This document shows positions 37,180 to 46,272 of a stretch of DNA of 60,857 nt, piece after piece (positions within the stretch are counted from its first letter, which is position 1; each line of letters begins with the position of its first letter). The notes below the pieces were generated by a model that was not told the origin of the DNA, did not search any database, and worked only from the letters and a program-made list of their open reading frames with translations. The position numbers were made by a program, and so were the translations under genes. The DNA is from Myxococcota bacterium (GTDB lineage: Bacteria > Myxococcota_A > Polyangia > Polyangiales > Houyiibacteriaceae): positions 1-60,857 of the forward strand of contig JBCDAA010000003.1 in NCBI GenBank assembly GCA_039186435.1, read 5' to 3'.

Positions 37180-38960
37180 TGAAGAACGCCTCGACGATAG
37201 TTGCGCTTGCGCTCGTGATGGCCTGTGTCGACGGCGACGTGTCGGAGATCGAGTTCACGGTCGACACGCACGTCGAGGATTGGCGCGACGAAGTGATCTA
37301 CCAGCTGATGGTGGATCGCTTCGCGAATGGAAACGCGGGTAACGATTTTCGCCTCGACCCCAACCCGCTCTCGCTCGGACGTTTCAAGGGTGGCGACTGG
37401 CAGGGCGTCATCGACCAGCTCGACTACCTCGAAGAGCTCGGCGTGACGACGCTGTGGATCAGTCCGATCATTCGCAATGTCGACACCGACGCGGGCTTCG
37501 ACGGCTATCACGGCTATTGGGCGCAGCACCTCGAGCGTGTGAACCCACACTTCGGGGATCTCGCGACGCTGCGGCGCATGGTTGACGAATGCCACGCGCG
37601 CGACATCAAGGTGGTTCTCGACATCGTGACCAACCACCTCGGGCAGGTCTATTTCTACGACGTCAACATGAACGGACGGCCCGACGAGTTCCTCTCGGGC
37701 GGCTTTCCGACAAACCCGGGCGACCCGCAGGCGCCGCCCGGAAGTCCGGTGACGCGCATCACCGAGTTCGATCCGGACTACGACCCGCGAGGCGTGCAGG
37801 CGATCACCTCCCTCGGCGAAGCGGGTCCGGCGCCGGTGCGCTTTTTCGATCTGCCCGAGATCTTTCGCGTCCCGCCGGAGCCGGCGGTCTTTCAGCGGCC
37901 GGAGTCCTACAACCGGCGCGGCAAAGTCACCGATTGGGGAAGTCGTGAGCAGGTGGTGCTTGGCGACTTTCCGGGTGGTCTGAAAGACATCGATACCACC
38001 AACCTCGAGGTGCGCGACGAGATGGTGCGCGTCTACTCCGACTGGGTGCTCAAGCTCGACCTCGACGGCTTTCGCATCGATACGATCAAGCATGTGGAGC
38101 ACGAGTTTTGGCAGGACTTTTCTCGGCGCGTGCGTGAGCGGGTGGCGGTCGGCGGTAAGACGAACTTCCTGATGTTCGGGGAAGCGTTCGACGGGGACGA
38201 CGTGCTGGTTGGTAGCTACACCTTTCCCGGCGAGCTCGATTCGGTCTTCTACTTCCCGCAGAAGTTTCAGGTCTTCGACAACGTCTTCGCGGACGGTGGC
38301 GCGACGTCGGCGGTGCAGCGGCTCTTCGATGCGCGCGCGTCGAACTACGGCACCGAAGCGCAGCCGGGTGGCATTGGCATTGCGCCGACGTCCGCGCTCG
38401 TAAACTTCATCGACAACCACGACGTGCCGCGCTTTCTTTGGCGGCAGCCCGACGCGCGAGCGCTGCGTGCGGCCCTCGGATTTCTTCTTACCGAAGAGGG
38501 GATCCCGTGCATCTACTACGGGACCGAGCAGGATTTTAATGGCGGCAACGATCCGGGGAATCGTGAGCCGCTCTGGTGGAGCGACTACCGCACGGACGGC
38601 GAGACCTTTCGCTGGATCGCGCGTTTGAATCGCGTGCGTGCGCGCTACGCACCCCTTCGACGCGGCGACATGGTCTTTCGCTGGACAACGGATCGCACGG
38701 GCGATGCCGTCGACGCCGGCATCCTTGCGTTCGAGCGCACCATTGGCGAAGAGCGCGCCCTGGTGGTGATCAACGCGCAGGGAGCGCACGCCAGCCGAAC
38801 GAGCTTCGAGGGCACCGCGATGAGCGTGGGAATGAGCGGCGCGATCGTCGATGTGCTCAGCGGTGATCGATTCACGGTCGACGCAGGAACTTTGGACGTT
38901 GAGGTTGGGCCTTTCGGCGTTCGGATTTTTGTGCCCGAAGCGCAATTCGTCGCCGAGTGA
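37179..38960 (+). CDS. GH13 alpha-amylase-family lipoprotein
   Basis: Lipobox VMAC, YHGYW, and conserved regions DIVTNH, DGFRIDTIKH, GEAF, FIDNHD, plus GIPCIYYGTEQ. Confidence 0.93.
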   Translation: MKNASTIVALALVMACVDGDVSEIEFTVDTHVEDWRDEVIYQLMVDRFANGNAGNDFRLDPNPLSLGRFKGGDWQGVIDQLDYLEELGVTTLWISPIIRNVDTDAGFDGYHGYWAQHLERVNPHFGDLATLRRMVDECHARDIKVVLDIVTNHLGQVYFYDVNMNGRPDEFLSGGFPTNPGDPQAPPGSPVTRITEFDPDYDPRGVQAITSLGEAGPAPVRFFDLPEIFRVPPEPAVFQRPESYNRRGKVTDWGSREQVVLGDFPGGLKDIDTTNLEVRDEMVRVYSDWVLKLDLDGFRIDTIKHVEHEFWQDFSRRVRERVAVGGKTNFLMFGEAFDGDDVLVGSYTFPGELDSVFYFPQKFQVFDNVFADGGATSAVQRLFDARASNYGTEAQPGGIGIAPTSALVNFIDNHDVPRFLWRQPDARALRAALGFLLTEEGIPCIYYGTEQDFNGGNDPGNREPLWWSDYRTDGETFRWIARLNRVRARYAPLRRGDMVFRWTTDRTGDAVDAGILAFERTIGEERALVVINAQGAHASRTSFEGTAMSVGMSGAIVDVLSGDRFTVDAGTLDVEVGPFGVRIFVPEAQFVAE

Positions 38961-39065
38961 ACGGGCGGGGTTCGTTGTCCTAGGTGGCAAGCGATCTGGC
39001 CACCTGGAGGGTCGACTTGCCACCTCGGAGTGCGGAAGTGGTAGCGATTTCGCGGAGCGGCTTGC

Positions 39066-39080
39066 TGGCACGAGGCTTGT
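39066..39080 (+). promoter_or_regulatory. Sigma-54-like -24/-12 element
   Basis: TGGCACG-AGGC-TTGT, one mismatch to TGGCACG-N4-TTGC. Upstream inverted repeat AGGTGGCAAG (38982-38991) / CTTGCCACCT (39016-39025). Confidence 0.4.
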
Positions 39081-39095
39081 AGGAGTTCCCTTCCC

Positions 39096-39797
39096 ATGAA
39101 CGCATCGGGAACGAGCTTCGTTGGCCGCCGCGACAACAACGAGGACACCTTTCGGGTTTGTCACGACCTGGGGCTCTACTTGGTTGCGGATGGCATGGGG
39201 GGACACGAAGGCGGCGAAATCGCCAGTCGAGTCGTTGCAGAAACGGTGACGAACTACCTCAGCGCGCAGTTTGCCGACGGACTTGCGGAAGGCTCGCTGA
39301 ACAAGGCGATTCGTGAGGCGACGAGTGAGGTCGAGCGTCTTGCCGTTGGCGGTTTGCGCGAGATGGGCACGACGCTCGCGGCGCTTTGGGTGCGTGAGGA
39401 TGTTGCCGTCGTCGCGCACGTCGGCGACAGCCGTGTTTATCGTCTTCGGGACGCTCGTTTGGAGCGACTGACCCTCGATCATTCCTTCGTCGCGGAGCTG
39501 GAGGAAGCCGGCGCCACGGCGTTGCTCCAGAGTCTGCCGCCGTCGATGAGTGCGATGGTGACGCGGTGCATCGCCCTTGGGGCGAATACGGAGCCGGACA
39601 TCGCAATTCATCCCACCCAGCCGGGCGACGTGTTCCTGCTATGCAGCGACGGGCTGACCGATGTGCTCAGCGACGCGGAGATCGCCGAAGTGCTGATGGA
39701 GTTCGCGGAGCCGAAGCGCGCGAGCAACGAGTTGACGCGGCTGGCGTACGAGAGTGGCAGTCAGGACAACATCACCTGTGTGGTGGTGGTGGCGTAG
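39096..39797 (+). CDS. PP2C/PPM-family Ser/Thr protein phosphatase
   Basis: R..NED, VADGMGGH, MGTT, HVGDSR, LCSDGL, and DNIT. Confidence 0.95.
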   Translation: MNASGTSFVGRRDNNEDTFRVCHDLGLYLVADGMGGHEGGEIASRVVAETVTNYLSAQFADGLAEGSLNKAIREATSEVERLAVGGLREMGTTLAALWVREDVAVVAHVGDSRVYRLRDARLERLTLDHSFVAELEEAGATALLQSLPPSMSAMVTRCIALGANTEPDIAIHPTQPGDVFLLCSDGLTDVLSDAEIAEVLMEFAEPKRASNELTRLAYESGSQDNITCVVVVA

Positions 39798-39879
39798 CGG
39801 CTGAGCCGCGGCACGTGGAAATCCACGTGTCCGCTGAGCCCGTCGCCAACCTGTGTTCGGCCGGGTGCGACGGGAAGTC

Positions 39880-40245
39880 GAGGCCATCCACGTTTTTTGA
39901 CACGTGGTCGCAAACCCGAGGCTATCCACGGCGCGATAGCGGCTCGCTGTCGGCCGGTCTTGATTGGCGGCTGGTAGAAAACCGCGAGTCAAAAAGGTGG
40001 ATTGCCTGCATCTCAGGCACCGAGATTGACGACGGTTGGTAGAAAACCGCGAGTCAAAAAGGTGGATGGCCTGCATTCTCAGGCACCGTTGATCAGGCAC
40101 CGAGGTTGACCGTGGTTGGCAGAAAACTGCGAGTCAAAAAAGGTGGATGGCCTGCATCTCAGGCACCGAGGTTGGCCTGCATCTCAGGCACCGAGGTTGA
40201 CCGCGGTTGGCAGAAAACCACGTGTCAAAAAACGTGGATGGCCTC
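39880..40245. mobile_element. 366-bp MITE/REPIN-like element with a perfect 28-bp terminal inverted repeat and internal tandem units
   Basis: GAGGCCATCCACGTTTTTTGACACGTGG at 39880-39907 and its exact reverse complement at 40218-40245. Internal units of about 65-90 bp start at 39972, 40037 and 40117. Confidence 0.7.
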
Positions 40246-41347
40246 AGTCTTCGCGCGCGGCCCAAAACGCTGCCGCGGTGATCGGTGTCGGCTGAGCGCC
40301 CAGCAGCATCGCGAGCCGCGTCGCGGGAAGGCGCGCGTGTTCGAGGAGGGCAACGTCGATTGGCGTCCCGCGCGCAACGTCGGCGGCGAATCCTTGCAGA
40401 CTCGCCGGCACTTCGTTCGCTTCGAAGAGAAGCGCGGGATGGACGAGACCCGCCGTTGGAATACGGCGAAGAGACTCCGTCACGCGCGGGACGCGGTTCG
40501 ACTCGAGAAGGGCGCGAGCGAGGGAGGGGCATTCCTCGCCGCGAAGTTGTTGTTCGCGCGCAGCGCCTGCGGCTGCCGCGATGAGGGCCTCGAGTTCGCG
40601 ACAGAGAGGGGCAGCGTCGTCGTGACGAGCCTCGTTCCCGCTCTCGCAAAGGGCCTCCCAGATCCGCGCGATCTGCGCGAGGGTGCCGGCACAAACCTGC
40701 GCGCCACCGACGAGCCACGACGGCGCACCGGCCGGCTCGAGCCAGCGAAGAAAGTCCTCGGTGGTCGGAACCGGATCGTCCGCGTCGATCGCGCCTTCGA
40801 GAAGCATCGTCGTAGCGAGCTCGTGAAAACCGACGCAGACTTTGTAGAGCGCGGCCAAGAGAACGGGCGGACGCGCGGGCGAATCCAAAGACGTGCGGCC
40901 CTCACCCGAACACGTGTGCAAGCCCGAGGGCGCACCCAATACCGCACCCAACACCACATCGTTCGACGCTTCACTCGTCGCGACCGAACCCGTGGCGATC
41001 GACGCAGCGCCCAACCCCGCTGAGCATGCGAGCGACGCGAGAGGCGCCTGCCTCGTCGCCCAGTCCGCGCGTCGTGCAACGCGCCCCATCGTTGCCGGGC
41101 GATCCGCTTCGTAGGACGAGAGCAACGTTCCGAGGGTCGGCCAGCATCCTTGGAGCTGCCGCAACGCCGCAAGGTTCGAGGGCAAACGCGCGTGGTCCCG
41201 GGCGTCACCGTAGTCGCGATGGGCTTCATCCCGCGCCGCGTTCTTGTAGCCGCGGGCGGAAACCTCGCCGAGCGGTCGCCCTTCCACATCGCAGATCTCG
41301 AGCGCCGAAGGCCCGAGGAGCGATGCGACGAGGGCGTCCGTGTTCAT
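40244..41347 (-). CDS. Hypothetical protein
   Basis: ATG at 41347 (MNTDALVASLLG) overlaps the upstream stop (ATGA). Helical, globular composition. Confidence 0.6.
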   Translation of the reverse strand: MNTDALVASLLGPSALEICDVEGRPLGEVSARGYKNAARDEAHRDYGDARDHARLPSNLAALRQLQGCWPTLGTLLSSYEADRPATMGRVARRADWATRQAPLASLACSAGLGAASIATGSVATSEASNDVVLGAVLGAPSGLHTCSGEGRTSLDSPARPPVLLAALYKVCVGFHELATTMLLEGAIDADDPVPTTEDFLRWLEPAGAPSWLVGGAQVCAGTLAQIARIWEALCESGNEARHDDAAPLCRELEALIAAAAGAAREQQLRGEECPSLARALLESNRVPRVTESLRRIPTAGLVHPALLFEANEVPASLQGFAADVARGTPIDVALLEHARLPATRLAMLLGAQPTPITAAAFWAARED

Positions 41348-41880
41348 GCCGCTTCGCCGTCGGGGATACGGATCTGCAGCGTGCCGGTCAGCTGCCCGAG
41401 GGGCGCAGGATCGACACCCCACCCATTTCGTACTGGCTGCACTCGCGCAGCGATCTGAACTTGGACGGTCGTCCCGTAGAGCCCGAAGCTGTAGGGCCAC
41501 GGCGCTGAAAAGGTGTCGTAGGAACGCTCTTCGGTTCCCGAGAGGAGGATCGGCCTCGGCGGCCTCGGTCCGATTCGCGACACAAAGCGGGGGCTCGGTG
41601 CCTCCGTTGGAACGAGACTCATCGTCCACTCCCCACGCTGCGGGTGGGTCAAGCGCGCCTCCAGCGCGATCGCCTTTTGCGGGACTTGAACACCCGGACC
41701 TCCGCTCTGGCGAAGAAAGAGCGTAATCGCGAGTTTCTCTGGCGTAGGCTCCGCCACCCAGCGCGGCGTAAGGCCATCCGCACGGGCCGTCGGCATCCAG
41801 AGCGAAGCCGCTCCCGCCGCCATAACCCCAACAAATCCGCGGCGACTGAGCCCATCGAGGGCGCTCTTCGGGCCTTTCAT
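41344..41880 (-). CDS. Tat-signal hypothetical protein
   Basis: MKGPKSALDGLSRRGFVGVMAAGAA...ARA|D. Confidence 0.7.
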   Translation of the reverse strand: MKGPKSALDGLSRRGFVGVMAAGAASLWMPTARADGLTPRWVAEPTPEKLAITLFLRQSGGPGVQVPQKAIALEARLTHPQRGEWTMSLVPTEAPSPRFVSRIGPRPPRPILLSGTEERSYDTFSAPWPYSFGLYGTTVQVQIAARVQPVRNGWGVDPAPLGQLTGTLQIRIPDGEAA

Positions 41881-41973
41881 GGTCCCAGTGTGGTGTGGAG
41901 CCCGAGGCCGTGTTGTTCGAGTTTCGTAAATTGCGATTTGGGGGGTCTCTGTGCGCTTTGTCATACTGAGCAG

Positions 41974-42744
41974 GTGCTGGCTTGCGTCGACGGCGACCAC
42001 ATCGCGCTCGACGATGGTCGCCTCCTCGGCGGCGACCTCTCCTTCTCGCGCTTCTGCCCCGATCCGGACGCATTGCGACGGCACGTGTACGGCCTCGGCC
42101 TTGGGGTCCGCGATGGCGTTCGGCTCCTCAAGCGGTTTCAGATCCGTTTTCCCATTCACCGCCTCGTGTCTCTCGTCGGCGGTCCTTGGCCGGTGCTGGA
42201 GGTTTCCTGGCGTGAGGGATGGAGCGTTGACAAACGCCGCCTCGGCATCGGGTGGTCCCCACGCGCGACATGGTCTCCCTCGACGGGCGAGCGTGCATCC
42301 GGGCGGGCGATCGAAGAGCTTCTTCGCTTCGCGGAAGAGAAGGGCTGGCCTGGGTTCAAACGGGGCTGGTGGGGGATTCCGAACGTGCCGTGGGAGCCGG
42401 TGAGCCGAATGCCGCTTTCGGGGGCGGGGTACCGACGTCGGGGCGAGCCGATCATCGCGACGACGACCTTTCCCAAGGGCGTGCGCGCGTGGTGGGGGTC
42501 GCTCAACCGGCGCGCGCGAGAGAGCGCGCCTCGCGAAGTCGTCCTCACGGCGGACTATGTCTACGGCGCGTTTCCGCGACCCAAGCGTCTTCCGCGCAGC
42601 GCACTTCGCGCGTCCCTCGAGGACGGACCCTTTCGCGTGTTTGTCTTTGGCCGGCGAACGACCCTCGTCGTCGAAGCGGACGGGTCGCTCGCGGCGGCAC
42701 TCGACGCGCAGCTTGCTCGCACGCGGCCTTTCCTCGGGTCCTGA
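41974..42744 (+). CDS. Hypothetical protein (start uncertain)
   Basis: Open frame filling the gap between neighbours; no family recognised. Confidence 0.4.
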   Translation: MLACVDGDHIALDDGRLLGGDLSFSRFCPDPDALRRHVYGLGLGVRDGVRLLKRFQIRFPIHRLVSLVGGPWPVLEVSWREGWSVDKRRLGIGWSPRATWSPSTGERASGRAIEELLRFAEEKGWPGFKRGWWGIPNVPWEPVSRMPLSGAGYRRRGEPIIATTTFPKGVRAWWGSLNRRARESAPREVVLTADYVYGAFPRPKRLPRSALRASLEDGPFRVFVFGRRTTLVVEADGSLAAALDAQLARTRPFLGS

Positions 42745-42789
42745 CCCGCTTGAGCAACGCCGGGCGCGCCTGCTACACGCGAGGAATCC

Positions 42790-43707
42790 ATGCGACGACT
42801 CTTTCTCGTGCTTCTCTTGGCGTGCTCCGGCGGCAATGGCGGTTTGGATGGTTCCGTCTCCGTCGACGCGGGAGACGGAGAGGACGCCGCGACGGAGGAC
42901 GCCGCGACGGAGGACGCCGCCGATGCTCGCCTGGATGCGGGCGTAGCGACGTACGCCCTGATGCGGATTGCCGATGGAGTCGGTGGCGCCCACGGGTTTG
43001 CTCGCGGACCTAGCGGAGACCTCTGGATTGCGGACTCCCATTCGAGTCTCGGAACTCCCGGCGCGGTCTACCGCTGGGAGGAGCCCTTCACCGGCGCTCT
43101 TGAACGCACCACGATCGAAGGGCCTCGACCCTCAGGGCTCTTCTTCGAAGCCGACGGCGCGCTCGTCGTTTCGGATCCGGGGGCGCGCACGGTGGTGCGC
43201 TACCGAGATGGCGCGGAGCCCGAAACGATCGCGAGCGTGGACGCGTGGAACGTCATTCCCGATGGTTCCGGCTTTATCGCCATCACGTTTTCCGGAAGCC
43301 TCCTTCGCGTTGCGTCCGGCGGTGACGTGTCCGCGATTCGCGGCGGCTTGCAGAATCCCTTCGACGTCGCGCGCGATCCGAGTGGCTGTTTTTGGGTTTC
43401 CGAACAGGGACCGAGCGGCGAGGTCGGTGGCGGCGTGCGCTGCTGGAGCCCGAGCGGTGAACTTGTCCGCGAGATCCCCTACGAGTGGGTCAACCCAGAA
43501 GGCGTTGCGGTCGACGTCGATGGCGGCGTGTGGATCGCCGAAACCGCGCGGGGCGAGCTCCTTCGCTGGGACGGATCGGCCGTAGAGGTGGTCGCGGCCG
43601 ACCTTTCTGTCCCGGTGGTGCTGACAAACGACGGAGAGGACTTGCTCCTCGCCACTGTGGGACGTCCAACTCCGACGCTCTACCAAATCGTCCGCAGCGT
43701 TCGGTGA
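42790..43707 (+). CDS. Beta-propeller lipoprotein (SMP-30/NHL-like)
   Basis: Lipobox LLAC, EDAAT linker repeats, and P.G/D-(V/L)A.D..G..W(I/V)(A/S)(D/E) blades. Confidence 0.8.
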   Translation: MRRLFLVLLLACSGGNGGLDGSVSVDAGDGEDAATEDAATEDAADARLDAGVATYALMRIADGVGGAHGFARGPSGDLWIADSHSSLGTPGAVYRWEEPFTGALERTTIEGPRPSGLFFEADGALVVSDPGARTVVRYRDGAEPETIASVDAWNVIPDGSGFIAITFSGSLLRVASGGDVSAIRGGLQNPFDVARDPSGCFWVSEQGPSGEVGGGVRCWSPSGELVREIPYEWVNPEGVAVDVDGGVWIAETARGELLRWDGSAVEVVAADLSVPVVLTNDGEDLLLATVGRPTPTLYQIVRSVR

Positions 43708-43711
43708 GGCG

Positions 43712-45022
43712 CTACGCGATGAGCTTCCGGAGCACCTTGGACTTTCGCTGTCGGTCGTAGCCCTTTCGCTCGGGCGGGAGGTCCTTCGGTTTCGCCGGCG
43801 AAAACCCGCGCTCCTGAAACCAATGCCCCGACTGCGTCGTGAGCACGTAGAGCTCGGTGAGCTTTGCGTCGCGCGCGCGTCGTTCAATGGCTCGTAGCAG
43901 GACTTCTCCGCGGCCGTAACGCTGAAAATCTCGCCGCACGCCAAGGCACGCGAGTTCGCCTTTGCCGTCCTCGTACGGGTAGAGGGCCGCGCAGCCGAGC
44001 ACAAGCCCGTCGCGCTCCACGACTACAAAGTTGTCGATGTCCTCTTCGAGAAGCTCTCGCGAGCGATGAACGAGGACGCCTTCTTCTTCGAGCGGTTCGA
44101 GAATGTGCAATAGGCTCGGAACGTCGTTGAGGCGCGCCGGCCGAACGCCCTCGTAGAGTTCGCTCGTGACGAGCGTTCCGATCCCGTCGCGCGTAAAGAG
44201 CTCGCGAAGCAAACCGCCACTCTCCCGCCGATCGATGAGATGCGCGCGGGGCACACCTCGCTCCACCGCCGTCGTCGCCGCCGCGAGATGTTGTCGAACG
44301 TCCTGCGCGAGGCGCCGTTTGGACCCGAGAATCTCCCGCGCGGACGCAGGGTCGAGCTCGGTGTGAATCCCGCCCTTACCGTCGATGACGCCGCGTCCTT
44401 CCACAAGGGAAACAAGCTTTTCCGCGTTCAGCGCGACGGCCGTTTCCGCGGCGAGTTCAGGGGTGCTGAGGTTGAAGCACTCGCCGGTGACCGAGTAGCC
44501 GATGGGCGTGAGCGTGACGACCGCGCCGCGATCGAGGCGCTCGCGAATCGCTTCGTGGTCGATGCGCCGAACGCGTCCGGTGAAACCAAAGTCGACTCCG
44601 TCGATCACGCCGTGGGGGCGCGCCGTCACGAAGTTGCCCGTCGCAACGCGAACGCGAGCGCCAGCCATCGGTGAACCCGGCAATCCCATTGAGAGAAGAC
44701 GCTCGAGTTCCACTCGGTTGGTGCCCGCCGCTTCCATCGCGGCGGCGAGGGCGGCGCGGTCGGTGACCCGAAGGCCTTCGTGCATGCGCGAGGCGACGCC
44801 GCGGTCGGAGAGGCGTCGCTCGATCTGCGGGCGAGACCCGGCCACGAGGACAATGCGAACGCCAAGGCTGTTGAGGAGCGCCACGTCGCCAACGAGGTCG
44901 CGCAGGCCGCTCGAACGCATGACCTCGCCGCCGAAAACGACCACCATGGTGCGCCCGCGGTGCTGCCGAATGTAGGGGGCGGACTGCCGAAACCACTCCA
45001 CGAACTGCAGGTCGTCGCTCAC
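43712..45022 (-). CDS. argA: Amino-acid N-acetyltransferase (N-acetylglutamate synthase, AAK+GNAT)
   Basis: FVEWFRQSAPYI..HRGRT, GSRPQI, ELFTRDGIGT, GELACL, and LTTQSGHWFQERGF. The GTG start overlaps the argE stop. Confidence 0.95.
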   Translation of the reverse strand: MSDDLQFVEWFRQSAPYIRQHRGRTMVVVFGGEVMRSSGLRDLVGDVALLNSLGVRIVLVAGSRPQIERRLSDRGVASRMHEGLRVTDRAALAAAMEAAGTNRVELERLLSMGLPGSPMAGARVRVATGNFVTARPHGVIDGVDFGFTGRVRRIDHEAIRERLDRGAVVTLTPIGYSVTGECFNLSTPELAAETAVALNAEKLVSLVEGRGVIDGKGGIHTELDPASAREILGSKRRLAQDVRQHLAAATTAVERGVPRAHLIDRRESGGLLRELFTRDGIGTLVTSELYEGVRPARLNDVPSLLHILEPLEEEGVLVHRSRELLEEDIDNFVVVERDGLVLGCAALYPYEDGKGELACLGVRRDFQRYGRGEVLLRAIERRARDAKLTELYVLTTQSGHWFQERGFSPAKPKDLPPERKGYDRQRKSKVLRKLIA

Positions 45023-46173
45023 GCGGCCTCCACGCAATAACGCTGAATCAACTGGGCGTAGAACTCTTCGGCGGCGGTGAGACCCGCGCGGGAAATGTAC
45101 TCGTTCGGCTGGTGCGCGACGTCGATGCTCCCGGCGCCACAGACGATCGTCTCCATGCCCATCGCAGCGAAAAACGGGCTTTCGGTGCAGAACATGACGG
45201 CCTGCGGCGCGTGGCCGGTGAGCTTTTCGGCGAGCGCTACGAGCTCCGAGCCTTCCGGCGCCGCGAACGAAGGGACGCCCTCGACGAGGCTTTCAAAGGC
45301 GACCTCGACGGCGGCTTGATCGAAGCGCTCCGCGACCGCGTCGCGAATTCGCTCCGCGGTTTCGAGAAGATCCATGGAAGGCAAGAGCCGCACGTCGTAC
45401 GTCAACGAGCAGTGCGCGCAGATGCGATTTGGACTGTCGCCGCCCTCGATGCGGCCGAGGTTCAGCGTTGGCACCGGCACGGCGAAGGCCTCGTTGCGAT
45501 GTTCCTTTTGAAGTTCTTCGCGAACGGCGAGGAGCGCCGCGATGGCTTCGTGCATCGCTTCGAGCGCGCTGACGCCAAGGCTCGGATCCGACGAATGCCC
45601 GCTGCGTCCGGTGATCGTGATCGCCTCCATGAGGATGCCCTTGTGCATGTGCACCGGAACAAGCCCCGTGGGCTCGCCCACAACGCATCGCGAGGCGGTC
45701 GGCCGCTTCGCCTCGAGGAGGGCTCGGGCGCCATCCATGGTGCTCTCTTCGTCGGCGGTCGCCAAAAGCACCACCGGTTCCCGAAGCTGGCCCGCACGGA
45801 ACTTTGAGGCCGCGTGCAGCGCCGCACCGAAGAACCCCTTCATGTCTGCGGAACCGAGGCCGAAGAGCGCGCCGTCCTTCTCGGTGAGCTCGAAGGGCAC
45901 GGTGGCCCAGGACGCTTCGTCGAAGGGAACGGTGTCGCTATGACCCGCGAGCACCAACCCTCCTGGTCCGTCCCCGAGGGTTGCGATGAGGTTGGCTTTG
46001 GTCGGGTCGTTTGGAAGTGGCATGACCTCCACGCGAAACCCGACGTGCTCGGCCCACTCGGCAAGACGATCGATCACGCCGCGGTTGGACTGATCAAAAC
46101 GCGGGTCGGGTGAGCTCACCGAAGGCTGCGAGACGAGCTCGGCGACGAGGTCCGGCGATGAGGGGAGGGTCAC
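45019..46173 (-). CDS. argE: Acetylornithine deacetylase (M20A)
   Basis: LAGHSDTVP, GSADMKGF, ADEEST, GEPT, HKG, GHSS.P, and AHQPNEY. Adjacent to argA. Confidence 0.93.
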   Translation of the reverse strand: MTLPSSPDLVAELVSQPSVSSPDPRFDQSNRGVIDRLAEWAEHVGFRVEVMPLPNDPTKANLIATLGDGPGGLVLAGHSDTVPFDEASWATVPFELTEKDGALFGLGSADMKGFFGAALHAASKFRAGQLREPVVLLATADEESTMDGARALLEAKRPTASRCVVGEPTGLVPVHMHKGILMEAITITGRSGHSSDPSLGVSALEAMHEAIAALLAVREELQKEHRNEAFAVPVPTLNLGRIEGGDSPNRICAHCSLTYDVRLLPSMDLLETAERIRDAVAERFDQAAVEVAFESLVEGVPSFAAPEGSELVALAEKLTGHAPQAVMFCTESPFFAAMGMETIVCGAGSIDVAHQPNEYISRAGLTAAEEFYAQLIQRYCVEAA

Positions 46174-46203
46174 CGCCGGAGGGTAGCGCGCTCACGCCCA
46201 AGG

Positions 46204-46235
46204 AAAAGGCCCCGGCTCCGAAGAGCCGAGGCCTT
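46204..46235 (-). terminator. Intrinsic terminator after the vWA lipoprotein gene
   Basis: Minus strand GGCCTCGGCTC-TTCG-GAGCCGGGGCC followed by TTTT. Confidence 0.65.
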
Positions 46236-46272
46236 GCCGCGATGGTTGTGTGTCGTCCTTGGCGTCCGGGCG

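Noticed and set aside
37167-39611. Long antisense ORFs (this one, and 1140-2564, 3095-5224, 4933-6636, 14077-15594, 23001-24818 and similar)
   Set aside because: Stop-poor shadow frames expected in high-GC DNA, opposite genes with clear family motifs.
39960-40245. Possible CRISPR array
   Set aside because: The sequences between repeats are themselves repeated and vary in length. There are no unique spacers and no cas genes.
46174-46272. Arginine attenuator upstream of argE-argA
   Set aside because: The hairpin with T-tract is present, but no Arg-rich leader peptide is seen. It is more simply the terminator of the vWA gene.
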